A stretch of DNA of 64,000 bases. Origin: an uncultured Christensenellaceae bacterium (GTDB taxonomy: Bacteria > Bacillota > Clostridia > Christensenellales > UMGS416). The stretch covers positions 71,917 through 135,916 of the forward strand of contig CALWDW010000039.1 in the NCBI GenBank assembly GCA_944376795.1, given 5' to 3'. Position numbers and translations under genes: made by a program. Positions 9,360 through 18,956 of the stretch are shown one piece after another. Below the pieces are notes generated by a model. That model searched no databases, was not told the DNA's origin, and worked only from the letters and a program-made list of their open reading frames with translations. The stretch's first letter is position 1. The number at the start of each line of letters is the position of its first letter.

Positions 9360-10019
9360 ATGAAGCAATTCGCGGTGATTGGTCTGGGCCGGTTTGGAGA
9401 AAGCATTGCCAAGACGCTTTTCAGCCTAGAGCATGATGTGCTGGTGATTGATGACAACCAGGAGAATATTGATAATATTGTAGACTATGTGACCCACGCC
9501 GTCAAAGCCGACGCCACTGATGAGACGGTGCTTAAACGGCTGGGGTTGCGGAATATGGACGTGATCGTGGTGGCGATTGGCAATATTCAGCAGTCGATTA
9601 TGATCTGCATGCTGCTCAAGGAGCTGGGCGTGCCCATGGTGGTAGCCAAGGTACAGAGTGAGATGCATGCCAAGGTACTGACCCGTATGGGAGTGGATAA
9701 GGTGATTTTCCCGGAGAGGGATATGGGGATCCGTTTGGCCCACAACCTGGTTTCTTCCTCAGTGCTGGATTATATCGAGCTGTCAGACGACTATTCCATG
9801 GTGGAGATCAAGGCCGATCCTAAATGGCACAATAAGTCGCTGCGCAGCCTGAATATGCGCGTGGCCTACGGAATCAACGTCATTGCCATCCGCAGGGGAG
9901 AGGAAATCAACGTGGCTCCCAACGCTGATGAGGTGATCGAAAAGGACGATACCCTGATGGTGGTGGGCTCCAATCAGAGCATTCATTTGCTGGAAAACAA
10001 ACCGGAGCGCAGCTGGTAG
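9360..10019 (+). CDS. ktrA: K+ uptake peripheral regulatory subunit (TrkA/KtrA, RCK domain)
   Basis: 219 aa. Rossmann motif 'VIGLGRFG' plus a TrkA_C-like C-terminus. Lies 15 nt after ktrB. Confidence 0.9.
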   Translation: MKQFAVIGLGRFGESIAKTLFSLEHDVLVIDDNQENIDNIVDYVTHAVKADATDETVLKRLGLRNMDVIVVAIGNIQQSIMICMLLKELGVPMVVAKVQSEMHAKVLTRMGVDKVIFPERDMGIRLAHNLVSSSVLDYIELSDDYSMVEIKADPKWHNKSLRSLNMRVAYGINVIAIRRGEEINVAPNADEVIEKDDTLMVVGSNQSIHLLENKPERSW

Positions 10020-10034
10020 GCGGGAGGTGGAAGG

Positions 10035-10814
10035 ATGCGGCTTCCAGATCAGCGGATCACTGATCCGCTGGCGCGGGCGTTTTTGTATAAGGGAAGCAGC
10101 GAGACGGGTGTGCTGCTGATTCACGGATTTACCGGAACAGCGGCGGAGATGCGCCCCTTAGGAGAAGTACTGCGGGATGCAGGGTATACGGTACATGGAA
10201 TTCTACTGCCTGGACACGGCGAGAACCTTCCCGCCATGATCCAGACCGGATGGCAGGATTGGCTCCGTGCTGCCCGGGAGGCTTGCGTGGAGCTGATGGG
10301 ACGCTGTCGGCGGGTGTTTGTGTGCGGGCTTTCCATGGGCGGGGTGCTGGCTCTGCTGTTGGCGGAGGAGTTGCCCATCACCGCGGCAATCCCTATTGCG
10401 GCGCCCATGGAAGTATACTCCCGGCTGCTGCGCTGGACCTGGCTTCTTCAGTACATCCATCCCTACCAGGGCTGGCTCCCCACCGAGGGGGACGGGCAGC
10501 CCAAAAAGAAGGGCCCCTACAACATTGGCTACGCGGGGACGCCCACCTGTAAGGTTCCGGATCTGGTGCATCTGATGGATGATGCCCGGAGAAATCTGGA
10601 TCGGATTACCTGCCCGCTGCTGATTATCCAGTCCCTCAAGGATCAAACGGTGAAGCCTGTCTCGGCGGAGATTATTTCCCAGGGCGCGGTGCACGCGCTC
10701 CCTCGAAATATCTTATATCTGCAGACTTCGCCTCATGTCTGTACCACAGGGGAGGAATTGCCTTTGATTGTGTCCCGGGTGCTGGATTTTATTGAAGAAC
10801 CCTTGCGGGGCTAA
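10035..10814 (+). CDS. Alpha/beta-fold hydrolase (carboxylesterase / lysophospholipase-like)
   Basis: 'LLIHGFTGTAAEM...LLPGHG' and nucleophile elbow 'GLSMGG'. 259 aa. Confidence 0.8.
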   Translation: MRLPDQRITDPLARAFLYKGSSETGVLLIHGFTGTAAEMRPLGEVLRDAGYTVHGILLPGHGENLPAMIQTGWQDWLRAAREACVELMGRCRRVFVCGLSMGGVLALLLAEELPITAAIPIAAPMEVYSRLLRWTWLLQYIHPYQGWLPTEGDGQPKKKGPYNIGYAGTPTCKVPDLVHLMDDARRNLDRITCPLLIIQSLKDQTVKPVSAEIISQGAVHALPRNILYLQTSPHVCTTGEELPLIVSRVLDFIEEPLRG

Positions 10815-11113
10815 GGGAAGGGGCCGGGGGCTTGGACGGAGGATGCGCGCTATGCAAAATGGCGCACCGTTGTACGGGTGCGCCGCAGGTTGTCCAAAAA
10901 CCTCTGGGCAAACGGGCGGCACGCGTAGATGGAGCGGTACGGTGAGGGCTCCGCGTCGGTCTGGCGATTCCTGCGACTCTGGGTGGCCCTTTTGTTGTTT
11001 CCCTCTGAAAAGAGCAGCATTTTGTTCTATGCGGAGGACGACGAGGGTTTTTCACGCCTCGCGCAAAGGGGGGACGAAAACTTTTGGGCGAGTTTCTCTG
11101 TGATATGGCTTTT

Positions 11114-11151
11114 GGAAAAACAAAGGCGCATCGTATGCACGGTGCGCCTTT
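11114..11151 (-). terminator. Rho-independent terminator of the GH42 gene
   Basis: On the minus strand, 'aaaggcgca ... tgcgccttt' is followed by 'gtttttcc'. Confidence 0.8.
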
Positions 11152-11187
11152 GTGAATGCGGATTAAGGGAAGATGGATACGGACGAC

Positions 11188-13224
11188 CTACTTTTTACGG
11201 GCGAAGATCCGCACGCCTCGGGCAGGAAGCTCGATGATGCCGGAGAGCTCTTTGCCGGTCTCCAGATCCGTACCGCCTTCCCCGATGTCCAGCATCCGGC
11301 CTATGGGGGAGAAGTTCATGACGAAGATGGTATCGGTCTCGCCGTCGGTGCGGCGGGTGGCGGAGCAGCCTTCGGGAAGCTCGCAGTCTAGGACGGGGGT
11401 GAGAGCGGACTCGGCCTCGATGGCGCGGTAGAAGTCATCCAGGAAGGCCTGCTCGGTGCGCGCGGCGATGAAGTATGCCTTGCCCGCGCCGTAGTGGTTC
11501 ACAGTGACGGCAGGCATGCCGGCGTAGAAATCTTCCTCATAGCTGCCCAGAGATTCTGCACCCCGCAGGTGAACGATCTCGCAGAGGTCCCGGACTTCGT
11601 AGCGCTTTCCCTGATAGGTGAGGGCGTTGCGCTCGTCCGGATAGAGGGCATCGATCTCTTCACACCAGATACCCAGGGTCTCCTTCAGGGGGCCGGGGAA
11701 TCCGCCCAGGAAGCAGAGATCGGTATCGTCTACATAGCCCGTCATATAGGAGGCAACGAAGGTGCCCCCGGCCTTGACAAAGGCCTCTACCTTTTCGGCT
11801 ATGCCGGCACGAAGCATATACAGCATGGGCGCCACCACAACCTTGTAGCGCGAGAGATCCTTGGTTTCGTCGATGATATCGCAGGCAATCCCGCGCTTCC
11901 AGAAAGCGCGGTAATGGCTGACGACGGTCTCCTCGTAGTTATTTTCCTGGAGCATGCCCTTGCTCTCGTCAATGGCCCAACGGTTCTCCCAGTCGTAGAC
12001 CACCGCCACATCGGCGGGCACAATGGTGCCGCGGACGTCGTCCAGCTTCTTCAGCGCCTCGCCTACCGAGGCAACCTCCCGGAATACCCGGGTGTTTTCG
12101 CTGCCCTCGTGGTCGACCACCGCGCCGTGGAACTTTTCAAAGGAGCCGCGGCTCTTGCGGAACTGGAAGTATTGGACGGTATCCGAACCGTGGGCGATGG
12201 CCTGCAGGGAATAGAGCTTGTGACCGCCGGGGCGCCGCAGCTTGCAGACGGGCTGCCAGTTGGTGGCGGAGGGGGAGCTTTCCATCATCATGTAGGGGCG
12301 TCCGTCCTTGATCCCGCGGCACAGGTCGTGGAGGAAGCCATGGCGGGAGGCCACCAGGGCGTCGTCCATATTGTTTCGCCAGAGGGGATAGCAATCCCAG
12401 CTGGCCACGTCCATGGCGTCCCCCAGGCGGAAGTAGTTGATTCCGGGATAGGTCCCCATGAGGTTGGTGGTAATTTTCTTATCCGGGGTAATGGCCCGCA
12501 GGGGAGCGGTTTCGCAGTTCATAAAGTCCACAAACTGCTCGGTGGTGAAACGCTTCCAATCCAGCACCAGGGCATGCATGCTGCGCTCCCCGTGGCTGCT
12601 GGGAGACTCCAGCTGGGACCAATCGGTGTAGGTTTTGCTCCAGAAGGCCGACCAGTAGGCCTGGTTGAGCGCGTCCAACGTCCCGTATTTTTTCTGCAGG
12701 TAGGCGCGGAAGCGCTCCTGGCAGAGCGGGCAGTGGCACTCGCCGCCGTACTCATTGCTGACGTGCCACATACCCAGGGCGGGGTGGTCCTTATAGCGCT
12801 GAGCCAGAGCGGTATTGATGGCAGTGACCTTCTCCCGATAGACAGGGGAGGTCAGGCAGTGATTGTGGCGGCCGCCGTGGAGATTGCGGACCCGGTTCTC
12901 CTGCACGCGGAGCACCTCGGGGTACTTCTGGCTCATCCAAGCAGGACGCGCGCCGCTGGGGGTGGCCAGCACGGCCACCATGCCGTTCTCGGCCAGCATG
13001 TCCATGACTTCATCCATCCAGGAGAAATCATACCGGCCCTCTTCCGGCTCCAGGGCCACCCAGGAAAAGATGCCGATGGACATGGCGTTGCAGCCGGCCA
13101 GCTTGGCCAGGCGCATGTCTTCCTTCCAAATGGTGTCCTTCATGGCACGCCACTGGTCGGGGTTGTAGTCCCCGCCGTGAAGCATGTGGGGCATTTGGGG
13201 GATAATAGGCGGATATTTTTTCAT
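11188..13224 (-). CDS. Beta-galactosidase, glycoside hydrolase family 42
   Basis: 678 aa. 'HGGDYNPDQW...AGCNAMSIGIFSWVALEPEEGRYDF', 'WHVSNEYGGECHCPLCQERF' (GH42 acid/base region plus Zn-Cys cluster), and trimerisation and C-terminal domains. Confidence 0.92.
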   Translation of the reverse strand: MKKYPPIIPQMPHMLHGGDYNPDQWRAMKDTIWKEDMRLAKLAGCNAMSIGIFSWVALEPEEGRYDFSWMDEVMDMLAENGMVAVLATPSGARPAWMSQKYPEVLRVQENRVRNLHGGRHNHCLTSPVYREKVTAINTALAQRYKDHPALGMWHVSNEYGGECHCPLCQERFRAYLQKKYGTLDALNQAYWSAFWSKTYTDWSQLESPSSHGERSMHALVLDWKRFTTEQFVDFMNCETAPLRAITPDKKITTNLMGTYPGINYFRLGDAMDVASWDCYPLWRNNMDDALVASRHGFLHDLCRGIKDGRPYMMMESSPSATNWQPVCKLRRPGGHKLYSLQAIAHGSDTVQYFQFRKSRGSFEKFHGAVVDHEGSENTRVFREVASVGEALKKLDDVRGTIVPADVAVVYDWENRWAIDESKGMLQENNYEETVVSHYRAFWKRGIACDIIDETKDLSRYKVVVAPMLYMLRAGIAEKVEAFVKAGGTFVASYMTGYVDDTDLCFLGGFPGPLKETLGIWCEEIDALYPDERNALTYQGKRYEVRDLCEIVHLRGAESLGSYEEDFYAGMPAVTVNHYGAGKAYFIAARTEQAFLDDFYRAIEAESALTPVLDCELPEGCSATRRTDGETDTIFVMNFSPIGRMLDIGEGGTDLETGKELSGIIELPARGVRIFARKK

Positions 13225-13271
13225 GGCAGCAGATCCTTTCCATAAGATTTTGAGAGTATAGCAACATCATA

Positions 13272-13322
13272 ACAAAAAACACCCCGGTACGCAATCGGTA
13301 AGACCGATGGTTTCCGGGGTGT
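13272..13322 (-). terminator. Rho-independent terminator of the cell-wall-binding repeat gene
   Basis: On the minus strand, 'acaccccgg ... ccggggtgt' (with an inner stem 'atcggt ctt accgat') is followed by 'tttttgtt'. Confidence 0.75.
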
Positions 13323-13347
13323 TTCTCTGTTCTATTTGTGGGGAGGC

Positions 13348-14826
13348 CTAGGGAATCCAGCGGCCGTCGCCGTCCACACGGTAGATCCCCTGGACAACGG
13401 TATTGGTGCGCAGGGCGCCGTCGCTGCCAAAGTAGTACCAGTATCCGCCGATCTTTTCCCAGTCGGTGATCATGACGCCATAGGCGTCCAGGTAATACCA
13501 GGTATTGCCCAGCAGGAGCCACTTGCCAGTCACCAGCGAACCATCGCTGTTGGCGTAGAGCCAATTCCCGCGGGTGTCCTGCACCCACCCGACGGCCATG
13601 GAGCAGACAGGATGACTGCCGGTCTGCTGGGGATAGAGGTAGTACTGCTTTCCGTTAATGGAATACTGCCCCGTCACGGCCTTTCCCTCACTGTCCAGGT
13701 AGTACCACTGGCCGCCCAGGAACTGCCAGCCCTTCATGGGCTTGCCTGTGTTGTCGAAATAGTACCAGTTGCTGTACTTTTGCAGCTTATTGTCACAGAT
13801 CAGCTTCCACCCCCGCAGCGAAGCGCTGCTGTACAGGGCGCCGCTTTGGTCAAAGAAATAGGTAGTTCCGCCAATGGTATTGGCGCCGTAGACCATCACG
13901 CCCTGGGCATCGAAGTAATAGTCCTTGCCATTGATGGTCTTCCATCCGGTGACGGCCAGCCCGTCCGAGCCGATGTAGGACCACTGGGTCTGCCCATAGG
14001 AGTCGGTAAAGGAGGCCCATTTTCCGGAATTCCCGACCCAGCGGGCGTCATTGGCGAAGGTGTACTTTTTGGCGACACCATTTTCTACGATAGTATAAGT
14101 ACCGCCGGCGTAGGCCAGGCCCAGCGCGTCAAAGTAATACCAGGAGCCGTCAATCTGGGCCCAGGCGCTGCGGATGGGCTGCCCATTGGTCAGATACGCC
14201 CAGCGCTGCTCCACAGTCCAGGTGCTGCTGTTAAAGACCTTGGCATAGACCCACTTGCTGCCGACTGCCTGGGAATTGACAACCCCGGTGTCGGAGGTGT
14301 AAAGGAAGCGGCTGGTCGTCCCGGACAGGGGAGCGATACACCACCAGCCCCCGGTGCAGAGCATGCCGTTGTGGTTATCAAAATAATAGGTGCTGCCGCC
14401 GATGGTTTGTTCACCGGTTACCTTGCGGCCCTCTGCATCCATGTAGTAGGTTACACCGGCGTCCAGGTCGGTGCACCAGCCGGTGACGCGGCCCTGGTAG
14501 GCGCCGCTGGAACTGAAACGCTCATAAACACCATCGATGGATACCACCCCGCTGGCCATGATGCCCAGCTTATCAAAGTGATACCAAATCCCCGACTCGT
14601 TCATCCAATCGTCGGTATACATGGTGCCGTCTTCCTGGAAGAAGACCCACTTTCCATCCTCCTTCTGGGCCCAGCCCACGGGCTTGGTATAGGTCAGGGT
14701 CGTGGCAGATTCTCCTCCATCGGCAGCCAAGGCCGGCGGCGCAGCCAACGGGACGGCACAAGCGGCCGTACCCAAAATCAGCGCCCCGGCCAATACTTTG
14801 CGAATGCTTGCAATGGGTTTGATCAT
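13348..14826 (-). CDS. Secreted cell-wall/choline-binding-type repeat protein (CW_binding_1-like repeats); no catalytic domain seen
   Basis: Signal peptide 'ALILGTAACAVPLAAPPALA', then ~20 tandem ~20-aa units with a 'GW..(x)..WYYFD..G.M.TG' pattern. RBS GAGGAGG. Confidence 0.85.
   Translation of the reverse strand: MIKPIASIRKVLAGALILGTAACAVPLAAPPALAADGGESATTLTYTKPVGWAQKEDGKWVFFQEDGTMYTDDWMNESGIWYHFDKLGIMASGVVSIDGVYERFSSSGAYQGRVTGWCTDLDAGVTYYMDAEGRKVTGEQTIGGSTYYFDNHNGMLCTGGWWCIAPLSGTTSRFLYTSDTGVVNSQAVGSKWVYAKVFNSSTWTVEQRWAYLTNGQPIRSAWAQIDGSWYYFDALGLAYAGGTYTIVENGVAKKYTFANDARWVGNSGKWASFTDSYGQTQWSYIGSDGLAVTGWKTINGKDYYFDAQGVMVYGANTIGGTTYFFDQSGALYSSASLRGWKLICDNKLQKYSNWYYFDNTGKPMKGWQFLGGQWYYLDSEGKAVTGQYSINGKQYYLYPQQTGSHPVCSMAVGWVQDTRGNWLYANSDGSLVTGKWLLLGNTWYYLDAYGVMITDWEKIGGYWYYFGSDGALRTNTVVQGIYRVDGDGRWIP
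13351..14664 (-). repeat. Array of ~60-bp coding repeats (cell-wall-binding repeat units) inside CDS 13348..14826
   Basis: Recurrent 'WYYFD/YYLD/YYFD...G.M..G' units are visible in the translation. These are protein-level repeats, not a CRISPR array. Confidence 0.8.
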
Positions 14827-14976
14827 AGAACTTCCTCCTCATCCATGTCGAGGGACAGCTTCGCGCTTTTCCAACCTTTCCCTATCATATCAAAAACTGT
14901 AACGAAATGCAATATATACAACGCCAAATCGAAAACAATATGACATAAAAATGTAATAATTAGGATGAGACGCCAA

Positions 14977-15011
14977 CAAAAAAGCGCGGCGCCCGATTTC
15001 TAGGGCCGCGC
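14977..15011 (-). terminator. Rho-independent terminator of gene 15027..17021
   Basis: On the minus strand, 'gcgcggc ... gccgcgc' is followed by 'ttttttg'. Confidence 0.7.
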
Positions 15012-15026
15012 ATGGAAAGACGAAAA

Positions 15027-17021
15027 CTAGTATAGGATGACCCAGACACCACAGCTGGGCAGGGGCCTGTCAAGAACTACCGTTTCCCCCAAAGCCACGG
15101 CATTGGCGGGAACCCCCTGCAGATGTTCCCGATCCACCAGTCGCAGCGCGCCGGTGTCCGCTCCCGGCCAGGAGAGGCGCAGGCTGGGAAGATCATCACT
15201 GCCCGCGTTGACAATCACCAGAGCGTGGGCGTATTGATACAGGGCCACGTGGGCGGCATCCTCCACCATGGGCATAGCGCTGCCAAAGCAGCGGCGGATC
15301 CCATCCTGGAGCATATCCCGCCGCGCGGGGAAGAGGATGTGGGTGGTACGGCCGTCATAGGGGAGGATCATGACGCGGTTCTGCCAGACGGCGAAGCCAT
15401 TGCCGGAGATCTGGCCGTGGTAATCCCGGACGTGGGAGAAGATCTCCGCCCCCGAGGCGTACTGGATATCCAGGAAGTTGCCGGCGGATGCCTGGGCGGT
15501 GAGCCGTGCGGAGGCAAAGTGGTCGTAGATCCGGCCGTTGTCTACCTGCTCGTAGGTCTGCTGTCCGGTAAGGGCACCGCGCCAAGCACAGCCCTGGATG
15601 CCTGCCAGCATCCCCAGACCCATATCGGCCAGGACAGAAGCCGCTTCGCCATCCAGGATAATCTGGTTGGCAGCGAAGAGGCGGCGCGTCTTTTCGGCAC
15701 CCAGGGTGCGCAGAATCTGTCCGGACAGGGCTACAACTTGCCCCTCTATGGCGTCGTCGGTGGTGTAGGCGGTGGGGATGCCGTATGCGGGGAGAATGCC
15801 GGCCCACCACACTTCGTGGGGATAGAGTTCGGGGAAGCCGGCTCCCTGGCTTGTATGGAGAGCGTAGCTGGATTGGGTGCTTACCAGGATCCGGACGCCT
15901 TGCTGCTGCGCCTGGCGGAGCTGCAGTCCGGCCAGCGCTGCGGCAAAGGGTTTGGCTTCGGCCAGCATGGTATCCAAGCCGTACTGGAAATTGATCCCGT
16001 TGCCCATGAAGTCAAAGATATCCATGGTAATTCCCTGGGCGTCGATGAGCGCGGCGGTTTCAATCTGGAAGCGGCTGAGGCGGTTGCTCTTGGAGAAGGG
16101 ATTGCAGGGATAGTTTTCCAGCTCTGGGTAGACGAGGGCATCTTCGGGGATGACGGCCCGGGTATAGCGGGATACCTGGTTAAAGGCGGCAAAATAGCTG
16201 GAGGAGGCGGTCTCGCTGTAGGCCGGCAGATGGATGCGGTCGATGGGGGTGTGGGCCTGGGCCAGGCCCCGCAGCACCTTTTCCCAATCTCGTCCCTCCG
16301 CGCAGTGCACCTGGGGCGCGGAGCTCATCAGTGCCACTCGGGTCTCGGGGGAGACGGCGGCCACCGCTTTTCCCAGCCGCTGGGCCAGGGCCGCCATAAC
16401 GTCGCGGCCGGTGTCCAGCCAAACCTTCCGATAGGGATGGGGTTCCCCGGGCTGCAGTACTCCCCGGACAAAATCTTCCCGGGTCACGGGATGCCCAATG
16501 CGGCGGGCATACTCTGCCATGTGCTTCTCGCAGAAGCAGCCGCCCCAAGCCAAAGGATCGTGGTTGTGCAGGCGGAAATCATCCTCGACCCAGATGGTAT
16601 CCGGATGGACAGCCTGGCAGCAGGAGGCGAAGAAGGAACAGAGGTGCTCCTGAAAAGCTTCGTCCAGGGGGCAGCCAATGGAGAGGGCTTCCTGCCCATT
16701 GGGATCCACCATGCGGGTAAAGGATTTTCCTTCGGGCAGGGTGCGGCCCCGGTCACAGTGGAGCAGGGTCGCCCAGGGATTCAGGGACGTGGTGATGCCC
16801 ATGGACGCCAGCACGGGTTTGGCCTGTGCCACGATTTCCAGCCAGGGCGCCGCGTCCTCGGCATAAACCTGTCCAATGCTGAGCTCCTCCGGCGCGATGA
16901 AAAACATTACATCGTCTACCCGGGCTCTGCGGCAGAACTCATACAGACGGGTAAGATTGGCTTGGGCTTCGTGGCGGGGGTCAACCACGAAACGCAGCAT
17001 ATAGCGGTAAGCGGTATCCAT
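15027..17021 (-). CDS. Hypothetical protein; possible TIM-barrel carbohydrate-active enzyme with a GH42-like Cys motif
   Basis: 664 aa with AGGAGG 5 nt before the ATG. Motifs 'VEDDFRLHNH' and 'AWGGCFCEKHMAEYARRIG' recall the 'EYGGECHCPLCQERF' block of the neighbouring GH42. No family recognised with confidence. Confidence 0.7.
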   Translation of the reverse strand: MDTAYRYMLRFVVDPRHEAQANLTRLYEFCRRARVDDVMFFIAPEELSIGQVYAEDAAPWLEIVAQAKPVLASMGITTSLNPWATLLHCDRGRTLPEGKSFTRMVDPNGQEALSIGCPLDEAFQEHLCSFFASCCQAVHPDTIWVEDDFRLHNHDPLAWGGCFCEKHMAEYARRIGHPVTREDFVRGVLQPGEPHPYRKVWLDTGRDVMAALAQRLGKAVAAVSPETRVALMSSAPQVHCAEGRDWEKVLRGLAQAHTPIDRIHLPAYSETASSSYFAAFNQVSRYTRAVIPEDALVYPELENYPCNPFSKSNRLSRFQIETAALIDAQGITMDIFDFMGNGINFQYGLDTMLAEAKPFAAALAGLQLRQAQQQGVRILVSTQSSYALHTSQGAGFPELYPHEVWWAGILPAYGIPTAYTTDDAIEGQVVALSGQILRTLGAEKTRRLFAANQIILDGEAASVLADMGLGMLAGIQGCAWRGALTGQQTYEQVDNGRIYDHFASARLTAQASAGNFLDIQYASGAEIFSHVRDYHGQISGNGFAVWQNRVMILPYDGRTTHILFPARRDMLQDGIRRCFGSAMPMVEDAAHVALYQYAHALVIVNAGSDDLPSLRLSWPGADTGALRLVDREHLQGVPANAVALGETVVLDRPLPSCGVWVILY

Positions 17022-17063
17022 GCGATCCTCCTATGCAGGGCATGCCTGGCATGCCGTTATGGG

Positions 17064-18161
17064 CTAGACGTTAATCCGGAAGAGCACCACGTCTCCGTCC
17101 TGCATGACGTAGTCTTTGCCTTCGGAGCGCACCAGACCCTTTTCCTTGGCGGCGGCCATGCTGCCCAGCTGGACCAGCGTGTCAAAGGGGACCACCTCCG
17201 CCCGGATAAAGCCCCGCTCAAAGTCGGTGTGGATTTTCCCGGCGGCCTGGGGGGCTTTGGTGCCACGGGTGATGGTCCAGGCGCGGACTTCCTTTTCTCC
17301 TGCGGTGAGGTAGCTGATCAGCCCCAGCAGATGGTAACAGTGCCGGACCAGCCTGTCCAAGCCGGATTCGGTCAGCCCCATCTCCTGCAGGAAGGCCCGG
17401 CCGTCCTCGTAATCCATGCCTGCGATCTCCTCCTCGATGGCGGCGGAGACCAGTACCACCTCCGCGCCCTCGGCTGCGGCGCGCTGGCAGACGCCCTGCA
17501 CCAGGGGGAGCTCCTCGGGCTTGGCGGAGAGGCTGTCCTCGTCCACGTTGGCGGCGTAGATGGTGGGCTTGCTGGTGAGCAGGAAGAGACTATCTACGAA
17601 GGGCTTCTCCTCTTCGGTGAACTCCATGAGCCGGACGGGGGTGCCTTTCTCCAGCTGCGCCATAATGGAGGAGAGGGTGGCGACCTCGGCGGCCAGCTTC
17701 TTATCGCCGCTCTTGGCCGCCTTGCCGGTACGCTCCATGCGCTTTTCCACGGTCTGCATGTCGGCAAAGATTAACTCCAGCGCGATAGTTTCCATGTCTC
17801 GCACGGGATCCACCGAGCCGTCCACATGGACGATGTCGTCATTTTCAAAGCAGCGCACCACCTGCACCACCGCGTCCACCTCGCGGATATGGCTGAGGAA
17901 TTGGTTCCCCAAGCCTTCGCCGCGGCTGGCGCCGCGCACCAAGCCCGCGATATCCACAAACTCTATGGTGGCGGGGGTATACTTCTGGGGATGGTACATC
18001 TCCGCCAGGACGTCCAGACGCTTGTCCGGCACGGCCACTACGCCCACGTTGGGCTCAATGGTGCAGAAGGGATAGTTGGCCGCCTGGGCGCCGGCCCGGG
18101 TGATGGCGTTAAACAGGGTGCTCTTGCCTACATTGGGCAGGCCGACGATACCGAGTTTCAT
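17064..18161 (-). CDS. ychF: Redox-regulated ribosome-binding ATPase YchF
   Basis: 365 aa starting 'MKLGIVGLPNVGKSTLFNAIT'; AAAGGAGGAT upstream. The track ORF (to 18659) is over-extended into non-homologous sequence. Confidence 0.95.
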   Translation of the reverse strand: MKLGIVGLPNVGKSTLFNAITRAGAQAANYPFCTIEPNVGVVAVPDKRLDVLAEMYHPQKYTPATIEFVDIAGLVRGASRGEGLGNQFLSHIREVDAVVQVVRCFENDDIVHVDGSVDPVRDMETIALELIFADMQTVEKRMERTGKAAKSGDKKLAAEVATLSSIMAQLEKGTPVRLMEFTEEEKPFVDSLFLLTSKPTIYAANVDEDSLSAKPEELPLVQGVCQRAAAEGAEVVLVSAAIEEEIAGMDYEDGRAFLQEMGLTESGLDRLVRHCYHLLGLISYLTAGEKEVRAWTITRGTKAPQAAGKIHTDFERGFIRAEVVPFDTLVQLGSMAAAKEKGLVRSEGKDYVMQDGDVVLFRINV

Positions 18162-18261
18162 GGAATAGGGATCCTCCTTTTCCGCATTTGACGTACATTC
18201 TTTTTCATTATACCCTTTTGCCATCCGGCAATCAAGTGCCGTGGGAGGGCAGCCCTGGACG

Positions 18262-18299
18262 CAAAAAAGCAGCCGTGGAGGCGAGGCTCCGCGGCTGCC
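18262..18299 (-). terminator. Rho-independent terminator of the DUF975 gene
   Basis: On the minus strand, 'gcagccgcgg ... ccacggctgc' (one mismatch) is followed by 'ttttttgc'. Confidence 0.8.
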
Positions 18300-18313
18300 G
18301 GGATAGGGCAGGC

Positions 18314-18922
18314 CTATGCCAGCTCGGTAGCGTCCACACGCCCCTCTATGATGGCGTCCCGCTTGATCTCGTAGTACAGCGCCGAAGCGGCCGTCATCTG
18401 ATAGGGGCCGACGTAAAAGATGGCCAGCAGGCCAAAGGTCAGCATGGAGAGCAGATACCAGCCGATGAAGCTCAGATAGAAGACAAAGATCTGGCCCTTG
18501 CGGCCCTGGGTCATACGCATGGAGAGCTTTAGGGCGTCGGTGGCCGAAACGTTGGGGCAATCGGCCAGGATGTAGGGGGTCATGCTGTAGGCCAGGGTCT
18601 TGATAATGCCGGGAATGACAAAGAGCAGCGACCACAGGAAGATCCACAGCTCCATCCACAGCAGGGCGCCTAGGTTGCGCCCGTAGCGGCTGAAGCCGGC
18701 AAAGAGATCGCCGATTTCCGGCTTTTCAAAGCGGCTGAGGGTATTGAAAAAATACGTCAGCCCCACCATCAAGGGAAGGGACAGCAGGAACCCAAAGCCG
18801 AAGGTCATGGAGGATACCGCGCCGGTGATGATTGCGTACAGCAGGAAACCGCCCAGGGCAATGCCGTAGGACTGGTGGAAGGCCTGCTTAGCCTTCCGCT
18901 TGATTTCTGCGCGTGTTGGCAT
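18314..18922 (-). CDS. DUF975-family integral membrane protein
   Basis: 202 aa. The pattern 'RAEIKRKAKQAF...YG..L...LLY.II...' and about 5 TM segments are typical of DUF975 (assignment from memory). Confidence 0.8.
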   Translation of the reverse strand: MPTRAEIKRKAKQAFHQSYGIALGGFLLYAIITGAVSSMTFGFGFLLSLPLMVGLTYFFNTLSRFEKPEIGDLFAGFSRYGRNLGALLWMELWIFLWSLLFVIPGIIKTLAYSMTPYILADCPNVSATDALKLSMRMTQGRKGQIFVFYLSFIGWYLLSMLTFGLLAIFYVGPYQMTAASALYYEIKRDAIIEGRVDATELA

Positions 18923-18956
18923 GATGACAAACGCTCCTTTTGCAAAGTTTTATACC

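Noticed and set aside
10815-11187. A 370-bp gap between the esterase and GH42 genes with overlapping small ORFs (10768..11103, 10929..11237, 10789..11055).
   Set aside because: The ORFs lack RBSs and recognisable domains, and one overlaps the GH42 3' end. The gap contains the GH42 terminator and one further hairpin (10861..10884). I could not support any gene or RNA family here.
13351-14664. Highly repetitive DNA, checked as a possible CRISPR array or other non-coding array.
   Set aside because: The repeats are in-frame ~60-bp units encoding cell-wall-binding motifs within one long ORF that has a signal peptide. There is no repeat-spacer structure.
17039-17055. A tandem pair of the self-complementary octamer 'ggcatgcc t ggcatgcc' between ychF and the downstream gene.
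   Set aside because: It is short and occurs only once in the window. It could be a small hairpin or simply chance in GC-rich DNA, and there is no basis for a functional claim.
15123-17774. An 883-aa + strand ORF, the longest in this part of the track, plus similar long antisense ORFs at 45337..47550, 31562..33535, 25041..26699, 11494..13245, 13336..14943, 3708..5183, 39876..41138, 48825..50201, 54368..55978, 56293..57846, 29218..30468 and 30408..31598.
   Set aside because: Each lies antisense to a gene with clear family motifs (YchF, GH42, ABC ATPases, PepF and others). Their translations are Gly/Arg/Pro/Ala/His-rich low-complexity sequence with no recognisable domain and no RBS. This is the typical shadow-ORF pattern of GC-rich DNA.
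17064-18659. Track ORFs with long N-terminal extensions: 17064..18659, 43007..44590, 38447..39751, 61308..62399, 62239..63330, 18875..19975, 2558..3463, 3678..4856 and 24915..27146.
   Set aside because: In each case the conserved family N-terminus begins at an internal ATG preceded by an AGGAGG-like RBS. The upstream part is non-homologous, overlaps a neighbouring gene, or crosses a promoter or terminator. Starts were reset accordingly.
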